NCBI GenBank assembly: GCA_016209525.1
Contig: JACQWK010000022.1
Span: 160-64,159 of the forward strand
Direction of reading: 5' to 3'
DNA length: 64,000 nucleotides
From: Verrucomicrobiota bacterium
Lineage (GTDB): Bacteria; Verrucomicrobiota; Verrucomicrobiia; Limisphaerales; SIBE01
Within the stretch, counting starts at the first letter, position 1, and the number at the start of each line of letters is the position of its first letter. Under the pieces are notes generated by a model, which saw only the letters and a program-made list of their open reading frames with translations, ran no database searches and had not been told where the DNA came from. This document shows, piece after piece, positions 26,102 to 37,400 of the stretch. The position numbers were made by a program, and so were the translations under genes.

Positions 26102-26545
26102 TTACTGGACGAGGGCGTCGTGAAATTCCTTCCAGTCGTCCAGGTTGTTCAGGTTGACTGCGTCCTTAAACGCGCTGGCATCATCCGGGAGGGCGTTCGC
26201 GGAAAGAATGCTTTTGCGAGTGGCGTCATCATGATTGTAGCCGCGAATCGACGCGTTGAGCTTCTCGATCGAGCCCTGGTCGAGCTTCGCGCCGGGCTGC
26301 TTCTTAATCCAGGCTTCAAACGCCGGGTAAGTCGGTTTGTTCGTCTTGATGAAGTTGATGACGGCGTCGCGGTTGAGACCGAGGCCGTCGATGACCATCT
26401 GGTCGTATCCTTTGCCCGCGCCAGGGTATCCAGGGGCCAGTTTTCCCGTGCTTTCGAGCAGAAGTTTGAGCCACAAACGGGGCAGGTGCAGAACACCCAA
26501 TGGACCTGAGACGCCGGAACTGATGAGAGGGACAATAGTATTCAT
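26102..26545 (-). CDS. Hypothetical protein, DUF5069-like
   Basis: 147 aa. GVLHLPRLWLKLLLESTGKLAPGYPGAGKGYDQMVIDGLGL... resembles what I recall for DUF5069. Low-certainty family call. Confidence 0.55.
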   Translation of the reverse strand: MNTIVPLISSGVSGPLGVLHLPRLWLKLLLESTGKLAPGYPGAGKGYDQMVIDGLGLNRDAVINFIKTNKPTYPAFEAWIKKQPGAKLDQGSIEKLNASIRGYNHDDATRKSILSANALPDDASAFKDAVNLNNLDDWKEFHDALVQ

Positions 26546-26649
26546 AGGCTTTTCGTGGTTTAGGAACTAGTCGGAGGAATACATATAAAACCCTGCCGAA
26601 CGGGTCAACGCGATTCTCGGAAGAATCAGCCCGTGCGGTGCATCCACCG

Positions 26650-26967
26650 GTTGTCGGTAGTGCAGGCGTCTCGCCTGCGAGTTCGCCGAGCGTCCCGCTC
26701 GGAGGCGGCCCGGCGGCGAGACGCCGCTCGAACTCGCAGCCGAGGACGGCTACGCTACGATCACCGACAAATTGGGATGCACCGCAGCCCGTGCGCAACC
26801 TCGAGTCGGCAGCAAGCGTAGCGGCGGGCGTCCCCGCCTGCCGTAGAGGGCGAGCGTCGCGCCGCCCGGCGCTAGCCGCAGATTCCACAGTTGTTCCCAG
26901 TTTCACACTGAGTCCGCCGGGCGAGACGCACAGGCTTTGCGGTAGGCGCGCCGCCCGGCGCTACTGA
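26650..26967. repeat. Spacer packed with GC-rich CTGCSGTAGRG / GCAGGCG..CGCCTGC elements
   Basis: TGTCGGTAGTG + hairpin GCAGGCGTCTCGCCTGC (26652-26678); CTGCCGTAGAG (26838-26848); TTGCGGTAGGC (26937-26947); GCGCCGCCCGGCGCTA repeated at ~26869-26884 and ~26948-26963. No credible ORF. Confidence 0.6.
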
Positions 26968-27035
26968 CAAATCGTCCACCCACTGGCAAGAACTTGCCTT
27001 GTCGAGAGGGGCACGGGATAATCTAACCGCAGATC

Positions 27036-29423
27036 ATGAATGTCGTAAGCGAATCACGTCACGGCGCCGGGGCCGCCTCGGCAGCCGATATTTCTGAACT
27101 TTCGGTCCAAGGAATGAATTGCCAGGGCTGCGTCCGAAACGTGCGCGACGCGCTCCAGTCGATTCCGGGAGTAGCGAACGCCGACGTCAAGCTGGAGGAG
27201 GGGAGGGCGTCCGTCCGCTGGCGCGCCGGCTTCACACCGGCAGCCGCGACTCTCGTGGAGGCCGTTCGAAAAGCGGGCTACCAAGCTGAAAATCTTCCGT
27301 CGAACGCAACCGCAGACGCGCCGAAGCCGCAGGCTTTGATGGGCGGCTGGAAATTCAACGTGATTCTGGGAACCATCGCGACGCTCCCGCTGATGGTTTC
27401 GGAGTGGATCTTTGGCCTTGGAATGGAGCGCTGGTACCACTGGATTGCTTTCGCCCTGGTCTCGCCCGTGCAATTCCTCTGCGGCGCGCGGTTCTATCGC
27501 GGCGCCTGGAACCAGCTCAAGGCCGGTAATTCGAACATGGACACGCTCGTGGCCTTGGGTTCGACGACAGCCTATGCCTACAGCGTGTGGGCATTGCTCG
27601 CGGGATGGCACGGCCATCTCTTCTTTATGGAGTCTGGGTCCATCATTACGTTGATCAGCCTGGGCCACTGGATCGAGTCCCTCGTAAGTGCGCGAGCGGA
27701 AAGTTCCTTGCGGGCGCTGTTGCATCTGGCGCCTCAGATGGCCCGGCTTCTCAGCAAATCCGGCGAGGAATCCGAAGTTGCCGTTTTGCAGCTTCGTCTC
27801 GGCGACACGGTGATCGTCAAACCTGGCGACCGCATTCCGACCGACGGAGAGGTGCTGGAAGGATTTTCCGCGGTGGATGAGTCGATGCTAACGGGCGAGT
27901 CAATGCCGGTCGAGAAGGGCAAGGGAGCTAAGCTCTACGCCGGCACCGTGAACGGCGCGTGGCAGACCGGCGTTCCCATTTCCCCTGTAGCAGAGATGCG
28001 ATCCGGAGCGCAGTCCGGAGCACCCGCCACGAGCGGCCTGCTCCTGATGCGCGTGACAGCAACCGGTGAGACCACCGCGCTGGCCCATATCATCGAGGTG
28101 GTTCGACGCGCCCAAACGAGCCGGGCCAACATTCAGAAACTTGGCGACCGGGTGAGCAGCGTTTTTGTTCCGCTGGTCATCTTAGTCGCGATCGGGACTG
28201 GATTATGGTGGGGGCTGGCGCCGGAATCTGCGCGCGTCGTGAGTCAATGGATGGAATCACTTCTCTGGCCGGCTCATCATCCGGCCGGCCCGCTGGCCAC
28301 CGCCATTTACCACGCCGCCGCGGTTCTCATCATCGCCTGTCCTTGCGCCATGGGATTGGCCACCCCTGTTGCGATCATGGCCGGCGCAAACGTCGGGTCC
28401 GCGCGTGGCATTCTGATTCGGGATGGGCTTGCCATTGAGAAAACCAGCCGGCTCAGCGCCATCCTCTTCGATAAGACTGGGACGCTGACGGAAGGAAGAC
28501 TTTCGGTGGCAGCGGTCGAGGATTATCCGGGAGAATTATCTGCGGGAGCTGCCAGCCGCGAACTTGCAGCCTCGCTCGCCAAGCCGTCGCAGCATCCGCT
28601 GAGCGTCGCCATCGCGGCTCTGTCGAACAGCACAGTGCCAATCTTGGAATGGCAGGAAATCCGTGGAGCTGGCGTGCAGGCAATGCTGTCCGCGGATCCG
28701 TCAGCAAGCACAGGTCGCGTGGTTCGGCTTGGCTCTCTGGTCTGGCTCAATGAGCTTGGAGTCGATCTCTCGAGCGGAGTTGAGTTTTCCCGCGCTTGGT
28801 CGGCCAAGGGAGCGACGATTCTTGGCCTGGCCATGGATCGGCGGCTCCTGGCTCAATTTGCGCTCCAGGACACCGTCAAGTCCAACGCGGCAGAAGTGAC
28901 AGCCGAGCTCAAGCGACGCGGCCTCTCCGTTTTTCTGGTCACCGGCGACCATCAACTCACGGCAGCGGCGATCGCGCTGCAAGCCGGCATTGACGACGCC
29001 AATGTCTATGCCGAAGTGAAACCGGAGCGGAAGGGGGCCATCGTGATGGAACTCCAGAACCGCGGCCAACATGTGGCGTTCGTGGGGGATGGCATCAACG
29101 ATGCGCCCGCGCTGGAGCAAGCCGACCTTGGGATTGCGGTGAGCCAAGCCAGCGATGTGGCGAAAGAGGCGGCCGACATGATTTTGTTGCGATCAAACCT
29201 GCAGGCCATCCCGGAAGCAATAGACCTGGCTCAAGCCACACTGCGCACCATCCGGCAGAATCTGTTCTGGGCATTTTTCTACAATGCGGCTGCCGTGCCT
29301 CTAGCGGTGTTCGGCTTCGTCAGTCCCATCATCTCGGCCTTGGCGATGGGCTTCTCTGACTTGATGGTGATTGGGAACGCCTTGCGGTTGCGCTGGCTCG
29401 GACCGTCGATGCGGCGAAACTGA
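27036..29423 (+). CDS. copA: Copper-translocating P1B-type ATPase
   Basis: 795 aa. HMA domain GMNCQGCVRNV; TM CPC motif IIACPCAMGLATP; phosphorylation site FDKTGTLT; VTGD; GDGINDAPAL. Confidence 0.9.
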   Translation: MNVVSESRHGAGAASAADISELSVQGMNCQGCVRNVRDALQSIPGVANADVKLEEGRASVRWRAGFTPAAATLVEAVRKAGYQAENLPSNATADAPKPQALMGGWKFNVILGTIATLPLMVSEWIFGLGMERWYHWIAFALVSPVQFLCGARFYRGAWNQLKAGNSNMDTLVALGSTTAYAYSVWALLAGWHGHLFFMESGSIITLISLGHWIESLVSARAESSLRALLHLAPQMARLLSKSGEESEVAVLQLRLGDTVIVKPGDRIPTDGEVLEGFSAVDESMLTGESMPVEKGKGAKLYAGTVNGAWQTGVPISPVAEMRSGAQSGAPATSGLLLMRVTATGETTALAHIIEVVRRAQTSRANIQKLGDRVSSVFVPLVILVAIGTGLWWGLAPESARVVSQWMESLLWPAHHPAGPLATAIYHAAAVLIIACPCAMGLATPVAIMAGANVGSARGILIRDGLAIEKTSRLSAILFDKTGTLTEGRLSVAAVEDYPGELSAGAASRELAASLAKPSQHPLSVAIAALSNSTVPILEWQEIRGAGVQAMLSADPSASTGRVVRLGSLVWLNELGVDLSSGVEFSRAWSAKGATILGLAMDRRLLAQFALQDTVKSNAAEVTAELKRRGLSVFLVTGDHQLTAAAIALQAGIDDANVYAEVKPERKGAIVMELQNRGQHVAFVGDGINDAPALEQADLGIAVSQASDVAKEAADMILLRSNLQAIPEAIDLAQATLRTIRQNLFWAFFYNAAAVPLAVFGFVSPIISALAMGFSDLMVIGNALRLRWLGPSMRRN

Positions 29424-29681
29424 CCTTCGGAGCGCGGGCGGCTCGCCCGCAAGATTTGTCTCTGCCCGAAATAATGCCAGGCCTCGACAGGAGTCTCACC
29501 GCACCCTGTTTGTTTGTGGCGGCGCCGCCTTACGAAATTGCGGGCGAGACGCCTGCCGCTCCATCGCTTGACCCGCACTCCAGGGTGGATCGCAGAGAGT
29601 GCGGCTCGCCCCATTTGGCTCGACTTCGCGCTTTGAGGCAGGTAGTAGTGGCTCCGTTGTCGGACTCAACTAGCATATCCC

Positions 29682-30809
29682 ATGAGCAAAGCCACAATGC
29701 GCGCGGTGGGTGTGATCCCAAGCAAGAAAGAGATTTGCCTCGTCGAGCACGCCGCCCCCCAGATCGCTGGAGCCTATGACATTAAGGTAAAATCCCTGGA
29801 CGTTGGCATATGCGGAACGGACAAAGAGATTTGCGCGTTCTTCTATGGTTCTCCGCCCCATGGATCGGAGTATCTCGTCCTCGGCCACGAGTCATTGGGC
29901 CAGGTGGTGGAGGTGGGCTCCGGAGTGTCGGTTTTTCAACCGGGCGATCTCGTCGTGCCTTCCGTGCGTCGGCCTTGCCCGCACCATCATTGCCTGCCGT
30001 GTCAGCGCGGATTTCAGGATTTTTGTTTCACCGGCGATTTCACCGAGCGCGGCATCAAAATGACCCACGGCTTCATGACGGATTACTATGTCGAAGAAGA
30101 GCAATACTTGACGTTGGTGCCTCCGGAACTGCGCGATGTGGGGGTGTTGGTCGAACCACTGACGGTGGCTGAAAAAGGCCTGGCGCAGGTCTGGCAAATC
30201 CAGGAGAGGCTTCCTTGGGCAGCGCCGGAAGGCGCCGAGGGAGGCAGAGGGGCAGGGCGGCGAGCCGTCGTCCTCGGCGCCGGCCCCGTCGGCATCTTGG
30301 GAGCGATGGCGCTTCTGGCGAACGGTTTCGAGACTTACGTGTACTCGCGCTCGAAGGCGCCCAATGCGAAGTCCGAGTTGGTCGATTCCATCGGCGCCAA
30401 ATACCTTTCGTCTTTGACCACTTCCGTCGAGGAACTGGCTGAACGCATCGGCGCTATCGATTTGGTTTACGAAGCCATGGGCGTGGCGCGCGTCGCCTTC
30501 GATGTTCTGAGGGTGCTCGGCACAAACGGTATCTTCGTCTTCACCGGAATTCCCATTCCCAATCCACCGATCGGAATTGACGCCGACAACATCATGAGAA
30601 ACGTCGTGTTGAAGAATCAGGCGGTGGTGGGGACAGTCAATGCAGATCGTCCGGCTTTTCAAGCGGCCATCCGGGATCTCGGAACGTTCCTCTACCGCTG
30701 GCCGGAAGCGTTGCACGCGCTCATTACAGGCCGGCATCGAATTGATTCCTACAAGGACGTGCTCCTCGGCGACAAAACCGGAATCAAAAACGTGATCGCC
30801 TTCGACTAA
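29682..30809 (+). CDS. Zn-dependent MDR-family dehydrogenase (glucose 1-dehydrogenase / threonine dehydrogenase-like)
   Basis: 375 aa. VGICGTDKEI...LGHESLGQVVEVGSGV...GAGPVGILGA; overall pattern of archaeal-type glucose dehydrogenases. Confidence 0.75.
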   Translation: MSKATMRAVGVIPSKKEICLVEHAAPQIAGAYDIKVKSLDVGICGTDKEICAFFYGSPPHGSEYLVLGHESLGQVVEVGSGVSVFQPGDLVVPSVRRPCPHHHCLPCQRGFQDFCFTGDFTERGIKMTHGFMTDYYVEEEQYLTLVPPELRDVGVLVEPLTVAEKGLAQVWQIQERLPWAAPEGAEGGRGAGRRAVVLGAGPVGILGAMALLANGFETYVYSRSKAPNAKSELVDSIGAKYLSSLTTSVEELAERIGAIDLVYEAMGVARVAFDVLRVLGTNGIFVFTGIPIPNPPIGIDADNIMRNVVLKNQAVVGTVNADRPAFQAAIRDLGTFLYRWPEALHALITGRHRIDSYKDVLLGDKTGIKNVIAFD

Positions 30810-31033
30810 GAGCCAGTCTGAAATAGCGGTTATGGGTAGCACAGGCTCCCAGCCAGTGGCGACGGACAACCTGCCGGACGGAACGGGCGCGACACCTGTG
30901 AACAAGCCGGCCGTTGATTTCCTGGCTACACTCGCGGCCATTCCGGTCGGCAAGTTGCCGACCGGAGCGGGCAGGTTCCCCGCGCCACTTATTCTTCAGA
31001 AAAACTCTGAGCGAACTTGAGGACGAGAAGCTG

Positions 31034-31405
31034 ATGATGTCGGATTGGGCCGTCCTGCAATCGATCGCCGAGGAAGTCGTCGCAGCCGCGATTGCTTCCC
31101 TGCCTGCGGAATTCAAGCGTGAAGCCGAAGGATTGCCTGTCACTTACGATCCTCGTCCGGATGAAGCCCTCAGGCATCTTGATCTAGATGGGACGCTCGG
31201 CTTGTTCGTTGGACCATCCCGATTGGATCCGGACGGTGAGGCCGAAGTCGTGCCGCCTCAGATTATCCTCTTTTTGGTAAACATCTGGCAGTTTGCCGAG
31301 GGCAAGGAACGTATTTATCGCCACGAAGTGCGCACCACTTATCTCCATGAATTGGGCCACTACTTTGGCTTGGAAGAGATCGATCTGGAAAAGAACGGGC
31401 TGTGA
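31034..31405 (+). CDS. Metallopeptidase-family protein (Zincin_1 / DUF1025-like)
   Basis: ATG at 31034 (in frame with the ORF-track start 30914) gives 123 aa ending ...TTYLHELGHYFGLEEIDLEKNGL (HExxH). Its stop TGA 31403-31405 abuts the stop of the convergent giant gene. Confidence 0.7.
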   Translation: MMSDWAVLQSIAEEVVAAAIASLPAEFKREAEGLPVTYDPRPDEALRHLDLDGTLGLFVGPSRLDPDGEAEVVPPQIILFLVNIWQFAEGKERIYRHEVRTTYLHELGHYFGLEEIDLEKNGL

Positions 31406-34400
31406 CTATGGCGGAGGACTGATGGTCGCGCCGCTGCCCAGCGTTACCGTTCCTCCGTATGAGACTGTGCTGCCGTTCAAGGTCACCGCGGTGTTCGGAA
31501 GGACTTGGATATTGCCAGAGTAAGTCTGGTCCCCAGTCGAAGTCACGCTCAGACTCGAGACACCTGTGGCGCCGAAAACCGTGCTGCCTCCCCCAAGGAC
31601 GGTGAGGACGGTCAGATCAGTGAGGTTGCCAGTCAGTATCGTTTTGGTGGACGCGTTCAACGTTAGGGCGTGATCGATGCCGTCCTGGCCTCTCACAGGT
31701 CCCAACTGGATCGTCGTTCCGAGGATGGAGGTATTCCCTGTCAGCTCCAGCGTGTCGCGCAGAGTGACGGTTGTGGCCCTCAGAATGCTTGTTCCCAGTG
31801 TAATCGTGCCGGCCAAGGTTGCCGCCGGATCAACGAGGAAGGCTTTCAGAATCTTGGAAACGCCGACCGTGCCGTTGAAAGTCGCGTTATGGCTCGCGTT
31901 CACGGTGAGAGTTCTGGAATTGTCGGTGTCCGAGTCAATCGAACTTCCGAATGTTGCATCCGTGACGTTGATGGTGGAATTGCCGGCTAATGTTACCGCA
32001 TCGGCAATTGCGAGAGTCGTGGCCTTAACGTCGGATTTGAAGATCGTCGTTCCGCCGCCGTTGCTGGTCAGGGCAAGAAGCGGCCGATGGGACTTCGTAT
32101 TGGAAACGACCGTCCCGAAGCCGATGGAATCGGCGAAAGTGGTGACTCCGCTGGCGGTCACGGTCAGTTCACCGCTCGGAGTCGAATTGGCAGCGGCTGA
32201 GTTTACGGATCGCTCGAACGTCACCGTTGCCGCGGCGAGCGAGGCCGTCCCGCTCACCGTAACCTTATCCTTGAATAACAACGTCGTCACCGTGATGTCG
32301 CTGTCTTTCAACTTGGTGGTGCCTGCCGAATCGGTGGTCACGCTCGCGATCGGCTCGAGATTGCCGATGGTGCCGAACGTGGTCACGCCCGACGCATTTA
32401 CGGTGAGTTGCCGGGCGGCGGATTCCGAATCCGCATTGACAGCGCCATTGAATGTCACGGTCGTGCCGGAAAACGTCACATTCTCCTCCAAGAGGACCGG
32501 GCTGCCGTAGGTCTGAATGCCGGCCTTGACTTCCGTTGACTTGAACTTCAAGGCTCCGGTGCCTGCCGAGGCGAATGATTTGAGCTTAACGGAGCCGCCT
32601 ACGATTCCGTTCAGCGTGGAGGTGCCCAAGCTGGTGGCGCTGCCGAGGGTCAACGATTGCGTGCCGGGTGTGGCTCCGTTGACCGTCGATTGAAATGAAA
32701 GCGAACTCGAAGGCACCACGTTCGCATTGCCCGTCACCGTTACCGGATCATTAAACACGATGGTCTTGCCATAAATCGCGGAGCCAATTCTCGTGGAATC
32801 GTTGCCTGCCGCATCATCCGTCGTCAGGGTTCTGACACCGAAGCTCGCGTTTCCCACGGCGCCGTTGAAAGTCGTGACGCCGCTCGCGTTGACGGTCAGA
32901 TCGATGGTTTCATGGGCACCGAATGTTACCGCCTTCGAAAAGGTCACGGTGGGCGCGTTAACAGTTGTATGCGCGTTCAATGTGACGGAATCGCCGAATT
33001 TGATCGTTCCGGTTGCCGTAAAGCTGCCGCCGCTGCCATTGACCAAGACCGATCCTGCCGAGTCCGTCGTCAGTGAGGTTAGACCCGAAACTGACCCCCC
33101 GAACGTTGTGACGCCGGTTGCGTTCAGGTTCAAGATTTCGTTGCCGCCGACGCCGCTCACCGTGCTTTCAAAAGTGATGGTCGTGCCTGCGATCGTCGTT
33201 GTGGAAGCGTCGAATTGAGCGGGATCTTTGATGGTGAGCGTCCCAACCTTCACTGAATTGGCGCCGGTTTCAAAGATCGTGGTGCCGCTGCCGTCGGTTT
33301 CCATTCCTTTCAAGTTTGCGACGGTACCGACTGCTCCACCGAAGGTGGTAGTCGGCGAATTGATTTGCAGCCAATTTGCGCCCGCCGTGGCGCCGTTCAC
33401 CGTGCCGTCAAAGTCCACGCTCGTGCTGGCGGTGAGCCGGGTTCCCGTAGTAATCGTCCCGACGCCTGAGGCTTTGAACGAGTTTCGGTAGTTTTGAACG
33501 GGCACATCAATCAAGCCTTTGACGAAGGTCGTGCCAGTGGCCGGCGTCGTCAGGCTCGCGAAATTGCTGACCGTTCCGTTGAAAGTGGCGTTGCCGGTCG
33601 TCGCCAGCGTCAACGTGTTCGCCGGATCATCGCCGCTCAGTGTCGAACCGAACGTCAATGTCGCGCCCGAGAAGGTCGTTGCCGCCGCTTTCAGTGTGAC
33701 CGGATTCTGGAGATTGACGGTTGCGGCTTCGATGGTGGCGATTTGGAATACGGTGCTACCCGTCGTGCCGGTGGCGATTGTGCCGGGGTTGAAGGTGTTG
33801 CCGATGGCGCCGGCGAATGTGATCACGTCGCTGGCATTCACGGTTAGCGATCCGCCGCCGTCGGTCGTGGCATGGTTGACCGTGCCACTGAAAGTAACAT
33901 CGCCATCCAAGGCGACCGTCGGCTGCGCTTTGATCACCACGGTGCCGCCGACAATGAAGTCATCGGTGATATTCACGGTATTAGCTGTCACCGCGGAGTT
34001 GAACTGGGTGGTGCCGCCGCCGTCGGACGTCAACGTATCCAGCTTTGCCGTTGTTCCCACCGCCTTCCCGAAGATCGTTGCGCCCGCGGATGTCACCGTC
34101 AGATCGCGAGCGGTCACCGCCGAGTCGGAATTAACCGTGCCGTTAAAGGTGACGGTAGAGGCAGCGAGTGTGACGTCGCTCAGCAACTGGACGGCGTCGG
34201 CATAAGTCTGCGCTCCAGTGGTCGTCAGCGACGCGGTGGAAACCGCCGTCGTCCCACCGCCGTTGCTTGTCAGCGCGGCCACCTCGGTGATGGCGCCGGC
34301 GAGGGTCGTCAAGCCGGCGCCGGTCAATGTCAGGTTATGCGAGTTGCCATCCACGGCGCCAAGGGTGAGTGTCCCACCGGCCTGCAATGTCGCGTCGGCA

Positions 34401-37400
34401 CTGAGCGAGAGATTGTCCGAATAGGTTTGATTGCCCGTCGTGGCGATGGTGTCGGCTACAACGGTTGTGCCGCCGCCGTTCAAGGTTAAATTCCGGACTC
34501 CTGAAAAGGCCGAGTCGAGGGTCGTGGTCCCGCTCATCGTGATCGTCAAGTCTTTCGCGCCGGCATTGACACCGCTGAAAGCAATCTCCTGACCGAAGAA
34601 CGTCGTGTTCGCGCCTAAATTCACGGTCGTGCCGGTGTAATCCTGCGTCGTTGCATTCACGACCGAGCCGTTGATGGTCAGAGTTCCGCCGCTGACCTCG
34701 ATCGAGCCAAATGTGCCGTCATCGGACGTGCCAAACAAACCGTCGCTGCCGACACCGACCTTGCCGCCGAACGTCACGGACTTAGCGCCTGCCACGTCAA
34801 TCTCCAAATGCCGGCCGCTGCCGGACGAATCCGCGTTCACGGTTTTGTTGAAGGTGATATTCCCGGCCGAACTGTCCAAGGTCACATCTGCTCCGACAAT
34901 CACGTGATTGCCGTAGGTCTGCTTGTTCGTGGTGTGGATGTCAGCCTTGACCGTGGTCGAACCGCCGCTGCTGGTGACTAATGAATCGAGGGGGCTGGTG
35001 CCGCCGATTTCACCTTCGAATGACACCGCGCCAGACGCATTGATGGTCAGAGCCCGCGGCGTGGCGTCTGAATCGACCGTGTTCAGGAAGCTCACCGTCG
35101 TGCCGGTGATGTTGACGGCATCGGTCAATTCCACGGGACTTCGGAACGTCACCGTGGCGGCCTTGAGGTTCCCTTTGAGACCCAGGGGCGCGCCGCCGCT
35201 CTGGATATCCAGAGCGCCCAGCGACACCGAGCCGCCGATCAGTCCGGTAAAGCTGACGTCATTGCTGGCGACAATCGTCAACGTGCGGTTCTGGCTGGCG
35301 GCATCGGCATTGAGCGTGCCGTCAAAGGTGACGTCCGTGGCTGCGATAGAAAGATTCGATGCCAGTTGGACGGCATCTCCAAAGGTCACGGTGTCTGCTT
35401 TGATAATCGCGCCCGCCAGCTTGATCAGACCGGTCGCGGTGTTGGCAGCCAGCGTGTTCAGCCGCACCGTATTGCCAATGCTACCCCCGAAAGTAATGTT
35501 CCCGGCGCCGCTGCTGATCGTGACGTTGAGGCTCTGCCCGCTGGCCGTGGTGCCGTCGATGGCTTTAAAACTCCCGGAACCGCTCAGAGTCATCGTGGTC
35601 GCAGGTTGCGAGAGGACGATCGCATCGCGGAAGTCCACACTCGCGGCGGCAATCGTCGCCGTGTTCAGGGTGACCGTTCCGGTCCCGAGGGACGTCTTGA
35701 GCAGTTTGACCGGAGTCGTGCCGCCGATGATTCCACTGAAATGGATATCAGACGCGCTCAGCGTGAGGTTGAAGGCGCCGTTGACCGTGGAGGAGAGATC
35801 GATCGAATTGGCCGATTGCATGGCGGTCAGGGTTGTGTTCGCAGTCAGAGTCACTGGGTCATTGAAGTCGAAGAAAACGGAAGTCAGGGCGCCGGCGCCA
35901 ATCGAGGTCGTGCCGACGGAGTCGGTGGTGAGTCCGGCGAGCGCTTGAGTGGCGCCGACTGTTCCGTTGAATGTGGTCGTGCCGCCAGTGTTGACTGTGA
36001 GCGTTGCCGACGTAGCGGCGTTCGCATTAATCGTTGCGCTTGAGCCGAACCCAATATTGCCATTGCCTGAGCTTGTGAGCGTAACATTGCCGTTGAGTTG
36101 GACCGGGCCGCTATAGCTCTGTGCAGCCGAACTGGTGAAAGTGCCCGCGACCAAAATCAATTTAGCCGAACCAGTTATCGCGACGGTCAAGCTCCCATCG
36201 ATCACACTAGCGGGGGCGACCGTCAGATTCGCGCTTCCACCCAGCGTCACATTGCCGTTGTCGCTGGACGCAGTCGTGTTGACGGTGGCCTGGCCAGTGA
36301 CCGCCAAGGTACCCAAATTGATGTCCGCCCCGTCGGCGGTGGTCGTGAAACTGGAAGTGCCGCCCACGGTCACAGTCCCGCTGTCGGTGATGCCACCGGC
36401 ATGGCTGGAGGTCGCCGTGAGGTTGCCAGTGATCGAGCTGGCGCCCAGGTTGAGGGCAGAGGCGGCGACGATGGTCGCATTCTGGGCGCTCGTCAGCGAC
36501 ACCGCCCCGGCGAAACTGTGGCCCGTGCCATTCAGGACGATGTCATTTGCGCCGGTGGAAGTCATCGAGGTTGCGCCCGAAATCGTCAGATTGCCGCTGT
36601 CTGTGATTCCAGCCGCTTTCACCGTCAAATTCCCTGTTGAGAGCGTCGGCAAATCAAAAGCGGTCGTATCAACGATGCTGAGATTGGCGGGGTTCACCGA
36701 GAACGTGACGACCGGCCCGAAGCTATTTCCCGCATTGTCCAAGGTGAGGTTTCCGCTGACGTTGAAAATGGTGTCGCCCGCGACCGCTACATTCCCAGAG
36801 TCTGTCAAGCTGGCGGCAGTGACTGTCAGATCATCGCTCAGCACGGACGCTCCCAGGTTGAGAGCGTTGGCATCCACGAGGGTCGCATCCGTGGCGCTAG
36901 TGATTGTCACGGTCGTGAAGTCGTTTGCGGCGCTGTCCAGCGTGAGGCTGCCTGTGCCGAGATCGAACGTCGCGGTCTTGCCGGAACCATTCACCGTGAT
37001 GGTTCCAGAATCTGTCACGTCGTCATTGGTCGTGGTCACGGTGAGATTGCCGGCGGTGAGGGAGACAGTCCCAAGAATCAGCGTGTTGTCGCTGGTCAAG
37101 GTCGCGTTTCGGCCGCCGGCCAGCGAGACGGAACCCGTGAAGTTGTGACCGGAACCGTTGACGACGATATCGTTCCCACCGCCGCTCGCCGTCAGGGCCG
37201 TGGTGCCGCCAATCGACAAAGTCCCGCTGTCGGTGATCGCACCCGCCGTCGTCACCGAAAGATTGCCGGCCATCGTGATGGCGCCCAAGTCAACCGCGTT
37301 GACGTCCACCACGGTAACATGGTTCGCATCGTTGCCAGCGGCACCGTTGTCCACCTTGATCGTCGTGAAATTGTTCGCCGCGCTGTCGAGGGTAATGTTA

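Noticed and set aside
29434-29450. Intrinsic terminator for copA (GCGGGCG-GCT-CGCCCGC followed by AAGATTTGTC)
   Set aside because: The stem is only 7 bp with a 3-nt loop and the T-tract is interrupted. The sequence also resembles the GC-rich spacer repeats. Too weak to list as a feature.
31406-32600. CdiA-type contact-dependent inhibition toxin and immunity pair
   Set aside because: The C-terminal ~400 residues are still repeat-type sequence. I found no VENN-like demarcation motif. No small immunity ORF follows; the next gene is convergent and abuts the stop codon.
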